A stretch of DNA of 24,619 bases from a virus (IMGVR_UViG_3300020362_000765:1-24619); one strand, 5' to 3'; counted from the first letter of the stretch, positions 6,956 through 14,742 are shown. Made by a program: numbers and translations. Notes: generated by a model not told the origin, from the letters alone.

Positions 6956-7796
6956 GCACAATACGTTTGATGCGATTATGGCAGACTTAACGCATCAGTG
7001 TAACATGGAGTGTTCGAACTGTTACCTACCGAATAGAGACATACCGGACATGGATAAGGAGAGGTTGTATGACCTTGTCGGTAGGTTACCGAGGCGTACG
7101 TTTATACGTTTGATAGGCGCGGAACCGACGCTGCGAGAGGACCTGCATGACATCGTACGAAAGATCAAGAGTCTTGGTCACCATGTGAGTCTTACCACTA
7201 ACGGATTGAAACTACACAGGATGGACTATGTGCAAAAGCTCAAGAGTGCAGGTTTGCGTCTGGTACTGATATCGATGAACGGTGCGGATGACGACGATGT
7301 GTACAAGCGTGTTGACGGTGGTAAGTACGCTCGACTCAAGAACCGCGCGCTTGATAACTGTATGAGATCGAACCTGATAGTCAATACCGGAACTATAGTA
7401 CTCAAGGACTGTAACGAACACGTCATACCGCGACTCTATCAGAGACTCGGTACGTACAAACCGAGAGTCAAGCCGGTGATGAGACTACGCACGATGGCAC
7501 CGATAGGTCGACACATGGGAGAAGAGTTCATATACGAGTTTGGCGAGTTTCGAGATCGTGTCTGTCGAGAGCTTGATATCACGAATAAATACATACAAGA
7601 ACACTCGGTTGAGGCGTTTAACAACTACAACGGAGTACTGTTTGACATGCCTAACTGTATCGTTCGTATGGTCGACTGGACGGTTGACGACGACGGAGTA
7701 CCAGACAACAGTAACGAGAGTCGAGGCAGGATAACACAGGACTTTAAACTGGCACCGTTTTTTGAACATGTAAAGGAGAATGAATATGGTTACTAG
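6936..7796 (+). CDS. radical SAM protein (MoaA/PqqE-like core)
   Basis: CNMECSNC (CxxxCxxC), IGAEPTL, LTTNG, ISMNG; start set at ATG 6936 behind GGAG. Confidence 0.92.
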   Translation: MRLIEPEHNTFDAIMADLTHQCNMECSNCYLPNRDIPDMDKERLYDLVGRLPRRTFIRLIGAEPTLREDLHDIVRKIKSLGHHVSLTTNGLKLHRMDYVQKLKSAGLRLVLISMNGADDDDVYKRVDGGKYARLKNRALDNCMRSNLIVNTGTIVLKDCNEHVIPRLYQRLGTYKPRVKPVMRLRTMAPIGRHMGEEFIYEFGEFRDRVCRELDITNKYIQEHSVEAFNNYNGVLFDMPNCIVRMVDWTVDDDGVPDNSNESRGRITQDFKLAPFFEHVKENEYGY

Positions 7797-8418
7797 AGAC
7801 AGAAAAGAGTTACCACCGTACGCGAAGATGCCGTACGAGTTTGATATCGAGAGGATCAAGAGCGAGCTCGTTGACATGCCGACCGAGGTTCGTGACTACA
7901 TATCGCTGACCTGTGACGCAAACTCGGCCTACAGTTCCTATGACAAGAACACGTATCACCTGATACCCATAACAGACTTTGACGAAGAGAACGTCAAAGA
8001 GTTTGCGACTTATAAGAAGGCCGGTCGAAAGGACATGAGATTCGATGAGAGACGATACACTAAGATACTTGATTGGGCAAGAAACAGTTACATCGAGGAA
8101 GTGCTTGGTACGTTCAAGGGTCAGGTCACGAGAAGTCACGTGCGAAGAATGAATCCGGGTGGTTACCTTAAATTTCACATGGACTACAACACCAAGTACT
8201 CAGTACGTTATCACATACCTCTAACGACAAACGACGACTGCGTGTTTAAGTTTAAGTTGGAACTCGATGGCGAGGAAGAATGCATGCACATGCCGGCTGA
8301 CGGATCGTGTTACTTCTTTAACCAAGGTTACTATCATCAAGCAGAAAACAACGGCAAGACGGATCGTGATCATCTCGTACTGGCTGTACACGGTCAGGAA
8401 GACATACAACACTTATGA
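7786..8418 (+). CDS. aspartyl/asparaginyl beta-hydroxylase-like 2OG-Fe(II) oxygenase
   Basis: MNPGGYLKFHMDY (HxD)...RYHIPL...MPADG...FFNQGYYHQAENNG...RDHLV; start 7780 or 7786. Confidence 0.85.
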   Translation: MVTRDRKELPPYAKMPYEFDIERIKSELVDMPTEVRDYISLTCDANSAYSSYDKNTYHLIPITDFDEENVKEFATYKKAGRKDMRFDERRYTKILDWARNSYIEEVLGTFKGQVTRSHVRRMNPGGYLKFHMDYNTKYSVRYHIPLTTNDDCVFKFKLELDGEEECMHMPADGSCYFFNQGYYHQAENNGKTDRDHLVLAVHGQEDIQHL

Positions 8419-8957
8419 TTCGAAGGATTGAAAACGACGAGGCGAGTTACCTTTTTGGAATCGCAAGAAGAGACGATCACAAGAACAGTAAGAACTATCT
8501 CGAAAAAAGAATCAAGGACTACATCGCCATACACGTTTATGAGAACGATAATGACGTTATCGCTTTTAGTGGCATCTATCCGTTTCAAAACAATTTTTGT
8601 AGAGTCGCTGACAGAACGTTCGTAATGAAAGAATACAGATCAAAGGGACTGAACTCGCTCGGTCACGGTCAGTTCCTATCACGTAACCTGTTACCTGTAC
8701 AAACGAAGCTTGCGTTGGAACTCGGTTACAATCCTTTCTATTCAATACAGGAAAGAAAGAGAAGAAAGAGTCTCGAGCTTTCAGTTAATGATTTTAACCT
8801 TAACAACGATTATACGTTTTATTATACTGTACTTGACGGAATGTACTACACTTGTGACGAGTATGTCGAAGGAAAAGAGAGTTGTTGGCAAAACGTTGCC
8901 ACTTTAGGAGAACAGAGTGGAATCAAATTTCGTAACACATTTAGACATCGAGTATAA
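8415..8957 (+). CDS. GNAT-fold acyltransferase-like protein
   Basis: VIAFSGI...CRVADRTFVMKEYRSKG (motif A-like); C-terminal SCWQNV. Confidence 0.65.
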   Translation: MIRRIENDEASYLFGIARRDDHKNSKNYLEKRIKDYIAIHVYENDNDVIAFSGIYPFQNNFCRVADRTFVMKEYRSKGLNSLGHGQFLSRNLLPVQTKLALELGYNPFYSIQERKRRKSLELSVNDFNLNNDYTFYYTVLDGMYYTCDEYVEGKESCWQNVATLGEQSGIKFRNTFRHRV

Positions 8958-9456
8958 CGAAGACATACTCTTAATGATAAGTGACGAGGTTAAGTACAAA
9001 CCTTTCACTGCAAAGACAAGACTTACCGAGGAAGAAATGCGTGACAGGTTCGATAAGTCTGATAAAAAGATGGCACAAAAAAATTTCTTCTTTGATGACA
9101 AGAATGGTTGGTTGATTGGTGAGACAGTCAAGGGTTACGAAGAAGTCAATCGTTTAGTTGAATATACAAAATCTAAACTCGGTGACGTCGATATAAGACC
9201 AAGGTTCTACGTGCAGAAAAAAGACGTCTTTGTACCTGAACATAAAGACATTGGCACAGAATGCGCTATCAACATTTTACTTTCAGACGATTGTGCACCG
9301 ATTACTTACAAAGACTTTGGTGACATATATTATAAGTGTGCGCTTATTAACACACAAGAAACACACTGCGTAAACACAGACGTTGAAAGAATACTATTTA
9401 AACTATCAATAATGGATATGAAATATGAAACTGCTGCATCTCGATTACGAAATTGA
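8917..9456 (+). CDS. 2OG-Fe(II) oxygenase-like protein
   Basis: DIRPRFY...VPEHKD (HxD)...CAINILL...ALIN...H...ERILFKLS. Confidence 0.75.
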   Translation: MESNFVTHLDIEYNEDILLMISDEVKYKPFTAKTRLTEEEMRDRFDKSDKKMAQKNFFFDDKNGWLIGETVKGYEEVNRLVEYTKSKLGDVDIRPRFYVQKKDVFVPEHKDIGTECAINILLSDDCAPITYKDFGDIYYKCALINTQETHCVNTDVERILFKLSIMDMKYETAASRLRN

Positions 9457-9916
9457 TAAGAAGAAATATAGAGATATATTTTACGATAACATACAACGCG
9501 GTCAGTGGCACTGGAGCGTAGCAAAGCGACAAGAATTATTTTGGTACCAGTTATTCATACCAGACGGTCATGACATGAAACCACTATTTGAGAATGTTGA
9601 AAAAGAATTAAATATCTTTAAGATGAATAACTATCCAAGATTCAGTTATCAGTTTCCTAATTCTTTATTGCCACATCATGTCGATGAAGATAACATGGTT
9701 TCTATAAATATTAATCTATTTGATACGACACCAATCATTCATATCGACCATGAACCGTATCCATACGAATGTGCATTTATTGACGTAGGTCATAAGATGC
9801 ATGGAGTCGAGAAAGACGCTAACGCAAGACTGATACTAAAGTTTTGTCTTAGACACCCTTACGAGGAGGTGTACGAGAGACTGGACAAGTTTGGACTCTT
9901 AAGTAATGTTTCCTAG
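9425..9916 (+). CDS. 2OG-Fe(II) oxygenase-like protein
   Basis: YPRFSYQ...LPHHVD...SININL...YECAFID...MHGV...RLILKF. Confidence 0.75.
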   Translation: MKLLHLDYEIDKKKYRDIFYDNIQRGQWHWSVAKRQELFWYQLFIPDGHDMKPLFENVEKELNIFKMNNYPRFSYQFPNSLLPHHVDEDNMVSININLFDTTPIIHIDHEPYPYECAFIDVGHKMHGVEKDANARLILKFCLRHPYEEVYERLDKFGLLSNVS

Positions 9917-10390
9917 TATGTGTATTCTCTCTTCACTTGAAGCGTTGACGGCGGTGTGCATCTGAGTCGTATCTACAACGAAGTAGGAACCGTTCGCTGG
10001 TAAGTGACTCATCTTTTCGTTAACCACTACCCAGCAGTGTTCGTTCGTAGTGACCGGTATGTGTATTCTTTTTGTCCTGTCCTTATGATAACTGTAACAG
10101 GTTCTTGGAAGTAACTTCATGACTCGAGTGTGAGTCATATTGTGTTCTTTTATAAACTGATTAACGTACGGTAAGTCAAACAAAGGGTACTTAAACTCGT
10201 CAGTCTTATGGCTATGCCTTTGTTTTCTTTCCCAACTGTTCTGACTTCCGTCTACTCCGCAACCAAGAAAGTAATCGTTGGATCCTTCAACACCCTGTAG
10301 ACAAATTTGTTTCTTAAACTCTGGTAGTATTGATAGCTCAAGTAATATTCTCTCAATATCAAGTTCTGACTTTATCTCTTTAAAGTGCAC
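9899..10390 (-). CDS. AspH-like 2OG-Fe(II) oxygenase (short form)
   Basis: RVMKLLPRTCYSYHKD...RIHIPV.TN...HLPANG...DTTQMHTAVNAS...RIHILG; likely GTG start at 10390 (the track start at 10513 overlaps the neighbouring gene). Confidence 0.82.
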   Translation of the reverse strand: MHFKEIKSELDIERILLELSILPEFKKQICLQGVEGSNDYFLGCGVDGSQNSWERKQRHSHKTDEFKYPLFDLPYVNQFIKEHNMTHTRVMKLLPRTCYSYHKDRTKRIHIPVTTNEHCWVVVNEKMSHLPANGSYFVVDTTQMHTAVNASSEERIHILGNIT

Positions 10391-10871
10391 TGTTAATTCT
10401 ATCGAGCGCTTGTTCGTACGTAATATCGAATATCGAAAACTTAAGTAGGAGTCTCTCGTTGGTATGAGCCGGCACCTTATGTTTCTTTGTGATGTTAAGT
10501 AAGGCACACTCATAGTCTACTTTACCGATGTCTTCAAACACGAACGGACCATTATCGTCTGAAAGCATGATATTGACGCAACATTTCGTATTAATGTCGG
10601 CATGTAACGGTACGGCGCTGTTGGCGCTCTGTTTGTAGAATCTTGGTCTTATATCCTCAGTCGAAAGTTTTGCCATGAAGTAATCTACTAATCTTCTTGT
10701 TTCTTTACACTTTGAAGTATCGACGTGTCCTTGTTGCCAAGTAGGAGCCTCGTCAAACCAAGAACCATTGTTGAAACCTGACTTAAACGCTGCAAACTCT
10801 GTAACCTTTGACTCTTCAATAAGTGCTTCTTTGTCGTACATAATATCGAGTTCTTTGTAATATGTTTCCAT
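10380..10871 (-). CDS. 2OG-Fe(II) oxygenase-like protein, paralog of 8917..9456
   Basis: DIRPRFY...VPLHAD...CCVNIMLSDD...YECALLN...H...ERLLLKFSI. Confidence 0.78.
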   Translation of the reverse strand: METYYKELDIMYDKEALIEESKVTEFAAFKSGFNNGSWFDEAPTWQQGHVDTSKCKETRRLVDYFMAKLSTEDIRPRFYKQSANSAVPLHADINTKCCVNIMLSDDNGPFVFEDIGKVDYECALLNITKKHKVPAHTNERLLLKFSIFDITYEQALDRINSAL

Positions 10872-11423
10872 TTATCTATTTATCCAATCTATTTTTTCAC
10901 CAGTAAAAATTACGTGTTGGTAACACGTATCGTCACTACCGTCTGCAACCTTACACAATTTATCCTCCATGTACCATTTATTCTTCGACCTACCGTTGAG
11001 ATACTCGACTAACATCTTACACCATCTTGGTTTGTGTGCGTGTAGCGTGAAGAAAGAAGTCTGAGCCTGTCTTCTTTTAAGAAAAAAGACCTGTTGATCT
11101 AACATTGATATCGTTCTTGCGTTCATTGGTATGTGTTTTTGATAGCCTGCACGGTACTTCGGTAGTATAAAGTATCGGCTTAACACTCTATAAGTGTCAT
11201 ATGGCCAGTATTCTCTTTCCATAATTGTTGATAATCCAACAATATCGTTATGTTGAGTTATAAGAGTACAAGCGATAGTATCTTGTAGCGTAAAGTTTTT
11301 ATAATTGTTTCCATGTTTATTGTCATGAACAGCGTTACGATTTAACCAAAAAGTTATCTTTTCGAGAGGTATGTCACTACGCTCAAACGTAGTTATTATA
11401 TTCTGTAAGGTCCTGTAAGTCAT
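10872..11423 (-). CDS. GNAT-fold protein, paralog of 8415..8957
   Basis: DIVGLSTI...YRVLSRYFILPKYRAG...TCYQHV. Confidence 0.65.
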   Translation of the reverse strand: MTYRTLQNIITTFERSDIPLEKITFWLNRNAVHDNKHGNNYKNFTLQDTIACTLITQHNDIVGLSTIMEREYWPYDTYRVLSRYFILPKYRAGYQKHIPMNARTISMLDQQVFFLKRRQAQTSFFTLHAHKPRWCKMLVEYLNGRSKNKWYMEDKLCKVADGSDDTCYQHVIFTGEKIDWINR

Positions 11424-12159
11424 CTTGGTTTTGCGTGTCTACAATTAAATGTATTCTATTTACGTTAGAATTATTTTCTGCCCAGTGTATGTGTCCCGCA
11501 TTAAGAAAGTAAACTCTACCGTCTGCAGGAAAATGTGTACGATACTCTACGTTCTTTTTCTTGACTCCCATTAAACACTTTTTATTAGTAATTAAAGGGA
11601 TATGAAAACGTGTAATGTAAGAAGGATCATAATCAATGTGTGGTTTTAAACTAAAGTTTGGTGCAAGATATGCGAATCGTACTCTTGCAAGTTTACCCTT
11701 AAACATGTTAAGAACCTTTTCAACTTCACCGATTACCAGTTCATTCTTTTTTCCATAGTTATGCTCGTCAGCCTCTGGCCTATATGTCTTACTTGAAGAA
11801 TCTAACCTACGCGTTCTACTCATGATTGTTGACTTTATTGGTACATGATTCTCTTGTACATAGTCTTGCCTTGCTTTTATCAAATCATTGTCGTGTAATT
11901 CTGTTAAGTATCTTTGTTTGTATACTTGACTCTCAAGATAGTCCTCACTACTATCCTTAAAAAAACTTTCTTTACAGAATTCGTTTGCAATAACAAATCC
12001 TTTCATAAACGAGTTCGAACTTACATTGATATCATTGTATAAATCGGTATCAAAATAATTGTTCTTAAAACAAAATTTCAGTAATTGTTCAATATCAACT
12101 TTATAATTGTTTAGTACACCAAAGTTTGGTAACTGTTTTCTATTTCGTGTGATGGTCAT
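11383..12159 (-). CDS. AspH-like 2OG-Fe(II) oxygenase, paralog of 7786..8418
   Basis: N-terminal TRNRKQLP; RVRFAYLAPNFSLKPHIDY...RFHIPL...FPADG...FLNAGHIHWAENNS...RIHLIV; likely start 12159. Confidence 0.85.
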   Translation of the reverse strand: MTITRNRKQLPNFGVLNNYKVDIEQLLKFCFKNNYFDTDLYNDINVSSNSFMKGFVIANEFCKESFFKDSSEDYLESQVYKQRYLTELHDNDLIKARQDYVQENHVPIKSTIMSRTRRLDSSSKTYRPEADEHNYGKKNELVIGEVEKVLNMFKGKLARVRFAYLAPNFSLKPHIDYDPSYITRFHIPLITNKKCLMGVKKKNVEYRTHFPADGRVYFLNAGHIHWAENNSNVNRIHLIVDTQNQDDLQDLTEYNNYV

Positions 12160-12682
12160 TATGATTTCCTTCGAATGGTGCAAATAAATTAATCCACCAT
12201 CTATTTATTGGTCCTTTATTGTCATGTCCAAACAAGTTTAACATACCATAAAAAATGTATGAACATATAAAAGTAAATGCTAAGTATAACATAAACGGAT
12301 AAAAAAGTACATAACTAATTGCTAAAATATAGTATCTGTACTTATGAAAAAATATTACTCTTGGATTTTTAAATAAATCTTTTACAAACTTACGTGGTAT
12401 GTTATTAACTCTCCAAGTTGAAAATAATATCTGCCACCATTTATTATACTTAGGACTGTGTGGATCTTTTTTAGTGTCGGCATATGCATGGTGCATTCTA
12501 TGTACTCCAGACCAACTTAACGCTGACTGGCCTCCGCACAATACACCACAATATAACATTACAACTTCAATCGTAGGATGTACTTTAAAATCACGATGCG
12601 CAAAGTATCTGTGAAAACCAAAAGTGATACCTACGGTTGCAAGTATGTAATAAGTCAAATATGCATATAAAAGATCAATCAA
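12140..12682 (-). CDS. membrane fatty-acid desaturase (delta-9/DesC-like), compact
   Basis: GITFGFHRYFAH, HRMHH, DPHSP, EGNHNDHH His boxes and TM segments. Confidence 0.88.
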   Translation of the reverse strand: MIDLLYAYLTYYILATVGITFGFHRYFAHRDFKVHPTIEVVMLYCGVLCGGQSALSWSGVHRMHHAYADTKKDPHSPKYNKWWQILFSTWRVNNIPRKFVKDLFKNPRVIFFHKYRYYILAISYVLFYPFMLYLAFTFICSYIFYGMLNLFGHDNKGPINRWWINLFAPFEGNHNDHHTK

Positions 12683-12765
12683 GATACTTGTATCGCTACA
12701 TAAATTAGCGTTCCAAGAATACTAAAATTTATAATCATATTAATATAATGTGGATTTGGTTTCAT
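12679..12765 (-). CDS. tiny membrane peptide (28 aa)
   Basis: AGGAG RBS; MKPNPHYINMIINFSILGTLIYVAIQVS; stop overlaps the desaturase start. Confidence 0.55.
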   Translation of the reverse strand: MKPNPHYINMIINFSILGTLIYVAIQVS

Positions 12766-12832
12766 AATATTTCTCCTTGTTGGTGGTTTATATGGTACAC
12801 CTCCGTACCAATCAATAATTCTTCCCCACATA

Positions 12833-13042
12833 CTATACTCCAAAGTATGCGGAGAGGCCGAAGACTTCCAACAGCATAAAACTAAACAAGAGTAATAATA
12901 TACTCCATACGATAAGCTTACCACTAAAGTTTGTTGCCGCCATCTTAATCGCTATCAATTCATTACCTAAAAATCGTAGTGCAAGTTCAAACTCGTTGTG
13001 TTCGTTCTTGATTACTACACCATTCTTTTTTTCTTCAGCCAT
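12833..13042 (-). CDS. hypothetical membrane protein
   Basis: 69 aa, GAGGAG RBS, C-terminal TM helix. Confidence 0.75.
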   Translation of the reverse strand: MAEEKKNGVVIKNEHNEFELALRFLGNELIAIKMAATNFSGKLIVWSILLLLFSFMLLEVFGLSAYFGV

Positions 13043-13059
13043 ATGTGCTCCTCAAAATT

Positions 13060-13133
13060 TGGAGAGGATACTTGGATTCGAACCAAGGTAAATGGATTTG
13101 CAGTCCATTGCATAGCCACTCTGCCATACCCTC
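13060..13133 (-). tRNA. tRNA-Cys(GCA)
   Basis: GAGGGTA-TGGCAGAGTGGCTATGC-AATGGA-CTGCAAA-TCCAT-TTAC-CTTGG-TTCGAAT-CCAAG-TATCCTC-T-CCA; full cloverleaf, U73 discriminator, encoded CCA. Confidence 0.97.
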
Positions 13134-13135
13134 AT

Positions 13136-13398
13136 GGTGGTGAGATTCTGTTTCCAAGCTCTCACCAAGCTCATAGGAATTACGCTGCTTGCGCGAACTC
13201 CTGAGGTGCAAAGTTATCGTTTGCATTTAGAGTTTTGTTACGTTAACCGAGCTTCCACCGGATAACTCCACATCGTTATTCTGTACCTGTCGATCCTATT
13301 TCAGCCCCATCAAAACTACTCGATAACAGTGTTTTTGGTGGAGCTGACGGGTACCGCCCCCGTGTCCAGTGAACATTTCACTTTGCTTCATCGTTATA
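13136..13398 (-). ncRNA. ssrA: two-piece (circularly permuted) tmRNA
   Basis: Acceptor piece ...GACACGGGGGCGGTACCCGTCAGCTCCACCA ends at 13336; 27 nt intervening segment 13309-13335; coding piece starts GGGGCTGAAATAGGATCGAC at 13308; tag 13180-13224 = ANDNFAPQEFAQAA*; outer ends approximate. Confidence 0.95.
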
Positions 13399-13406
13399 TA
13401 GTATAT

Positions 13407-13435
13407 ATTATACTACAAAATTTAGCATTTGTACA
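13407..13435 (-). promoter_or_regulatory. early/sigma70-type promoter for tmRNA-tRNA
   Basis: TGTACA-N17-TATAAT. Confidence 0.85.
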
Positions 13436-13444
13436 CCTTTTTTT

Positions 13445-13452
13445 TATAAATA
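13445..13452 (+). promoter_or_regulatory. T4-type late promoter
   Basis: TATAAATA ~22 nt upstream of ATG 13475, with a GAGG RBS between them. Confidence 0.75.
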
Positions 13453-13474
13453 GTTATGAAGAAGAGGAACTATA

Positions 13475-13957
13475 ATGATAGAAGTAGCAGCAGCTTTAAG
13501 TGCGGCAACCACTGCATTTAATGCAATTAAAAAAGGTTTTGAAGTCGGACGAGAAATCGAGTCCATGGCCGGTGACTTAGGCCGTTGGATGGGACACGTG
13601 TCTGACATTAATAAGGCAGACGAGTACGCAAAGAATCCACCATTGTTTAAGAAACTCTTTGCTTCAGGTTCTGTGGAAGAAGAAGCACTGCAAACACTAA
13701 TGGCAAAGAAGAAAGCCGAAGACATGCGTGCTCAACTCAAATCAATTATCATTATGTCTCGTGGTATGGGTGCTTGGGATGAGTTATTGAAGACTGAAGG
13801 TGAGATACGAAAGAAGAGACAAGCAGCAATCTATGCACAAAAAGAAAAGCAAAGAAAGTTTATGGAGTGGACTGCCATTACAATCGGTATCGCTATCTTT
13901 GGTAGTTTTCTTTTTTGGTTACTAACTCTCGCACTAAAAGCACAAGGATTACTTTGA
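13475..13957 (+). CDS. hypothetical protein with C-terminal TM helix
   Basis: 160 aa; helical; C-terminal hydrophobic anchor. Confidence 0.85.
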   Translation: MIEVAAALSAATTAFNAIKKGFEVGREIESMAGDLGRWMGHVSDINKADEYAKNPPLFKKLFASGSVEEEALQTLMAKKKAEDMRAQLKSIIIMSRGMGAWDELLKTEGEIRKKRQAAIYAQKEKQRKFMEWTAITIGIAIFGSFLFWLLTLALKAQGLL

Positions 13958-14346
13958 AAAAAGATTATTACTGGCTTATAACAACAATCTCATTTATTGC
14001 ATGTATATTTTTATTTACAATACTGGCACATGCAGGTGGTAAAATATACGAGCCACAAGATCCAAAGTATGGCACAAAAAAACCTTACACACTCCAACAA
14101 AAAGAACATAGAGGAATCAACGACGCTAAGAAAAAGTATACCACATGTCGTTTGATGAAGAGATTAAAATCTCGTATAACGAAAAGACAGGCATGTATTT
14201 ATCGTGGAGGAAACAAAACTTACACTTTAATGTATGAAAATACATGTCCTGCACAATATAAATGTGAATATAATCCTTGGAGTAAAGAGCCAAGTATTGA
14301 TGATATTATAGATAGTTTAAACTCAATAAAGAAAGGCAATAAATAA
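13954..14346 (+). CDS. hypothetical exported protein with 4 C-terminal Cys
   Basis: Probable TTG start overlapping the upstream stop; signal-like segment ...LAHAG; CRL...CIY...CP..YKC. Confidence 0.75.
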   Translation: MKKDYYWLITTISFIACIFLFTILAHAGGKIYEPQDPKYGTKKPYTLQQKEHRGINDAKKKYTTCRLMKRLKSRITKRQACIYRGGNKTYTLMYENTCPAQYKCEYNPWSKEPSIDDIIDSLNSIKKGNK

Positions 14347-14477
14347 TGTCAGGAAGTCCGGAAAGATGGTGTAATAGTTGCGGATGTAGGTGTCATTGTT
14401 ATGCACCTGAATGTCCAAGCTGTGCCAATGACGTGTGTTATAAATGTAATTGCAAGGATGACAATATTCAAACATGA
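14346..14477 (+). CDS. Cys-rich metallothionein-like peptide (43 aa; not in ORF track)
   Basis: MSGSPERWCNSCGCRCHCYAPECPSCANDVCYKCNCKDDNIQT; 10 Cys; TAATG-coupled to the upstream gene. Confidence 0.75.
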   Translation: MSGSPERWCNSCGCRCHCYAPECPSCANDVCYKCNCKDDNIQT

Positions 14478-14742
14478 AAATTTTGTACTTGATTTAAATG
14501 CAGCTCATAAGAGTATTCTTTACAAAGATAATAAGTTACTCTTTATGGGTGATGGATATAAAGCTATCCAGATACTTATTAGCCAAAGTACTGACGCTGA
14601 ACCGGTGAAGAAAAAATTCAAGGCACAATTACGTATGAGAGAAAAACCTAAATTTGATAATGCACATGATGAGATAGAAAGACTTCGAAGAGAAGCTCAA
14701 GCAGCTATAGTTAAAACCCCCGAAAAAAAGAAGAGAAAATAA
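14458..14742 (+). CDS. hypothetical protein
   Basis: Likely start MTIFKHENF at 14458; the track start at 14401 lies inside the Cys-rich ORF. Confidence 0.75.
   Translation: MTIFKHENFVLDLNAAHKSILYKDNKLLFMGDGYKAIQILISQSTDAEPVKKKFKAQLRMREKPKFDNAHDEIERLRREAQAAIVKTPEKKKRK

Noticed and set aside
6936-7796. Calling the radical SAM protein MoaA or PqqE
   Set aside because: No C-terminal CxxCx13C/SPASM cysteine pattern, no terminal GG, and no moaC or pqq genes nearby
12998-13226. ORF-track ORFs 12998..13204 (+) and 13035..13226 (-)
   Set aside because: They overlap tRNA-Cys and the tmRNA coding piece; the RNA genes explain the sequence
13271-13397. 9 bp direct repeat CATCGTTAT as an att site in the tmRNA
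   Set aside because: Too short, not at the tmRNA 3' end, and no integrase present
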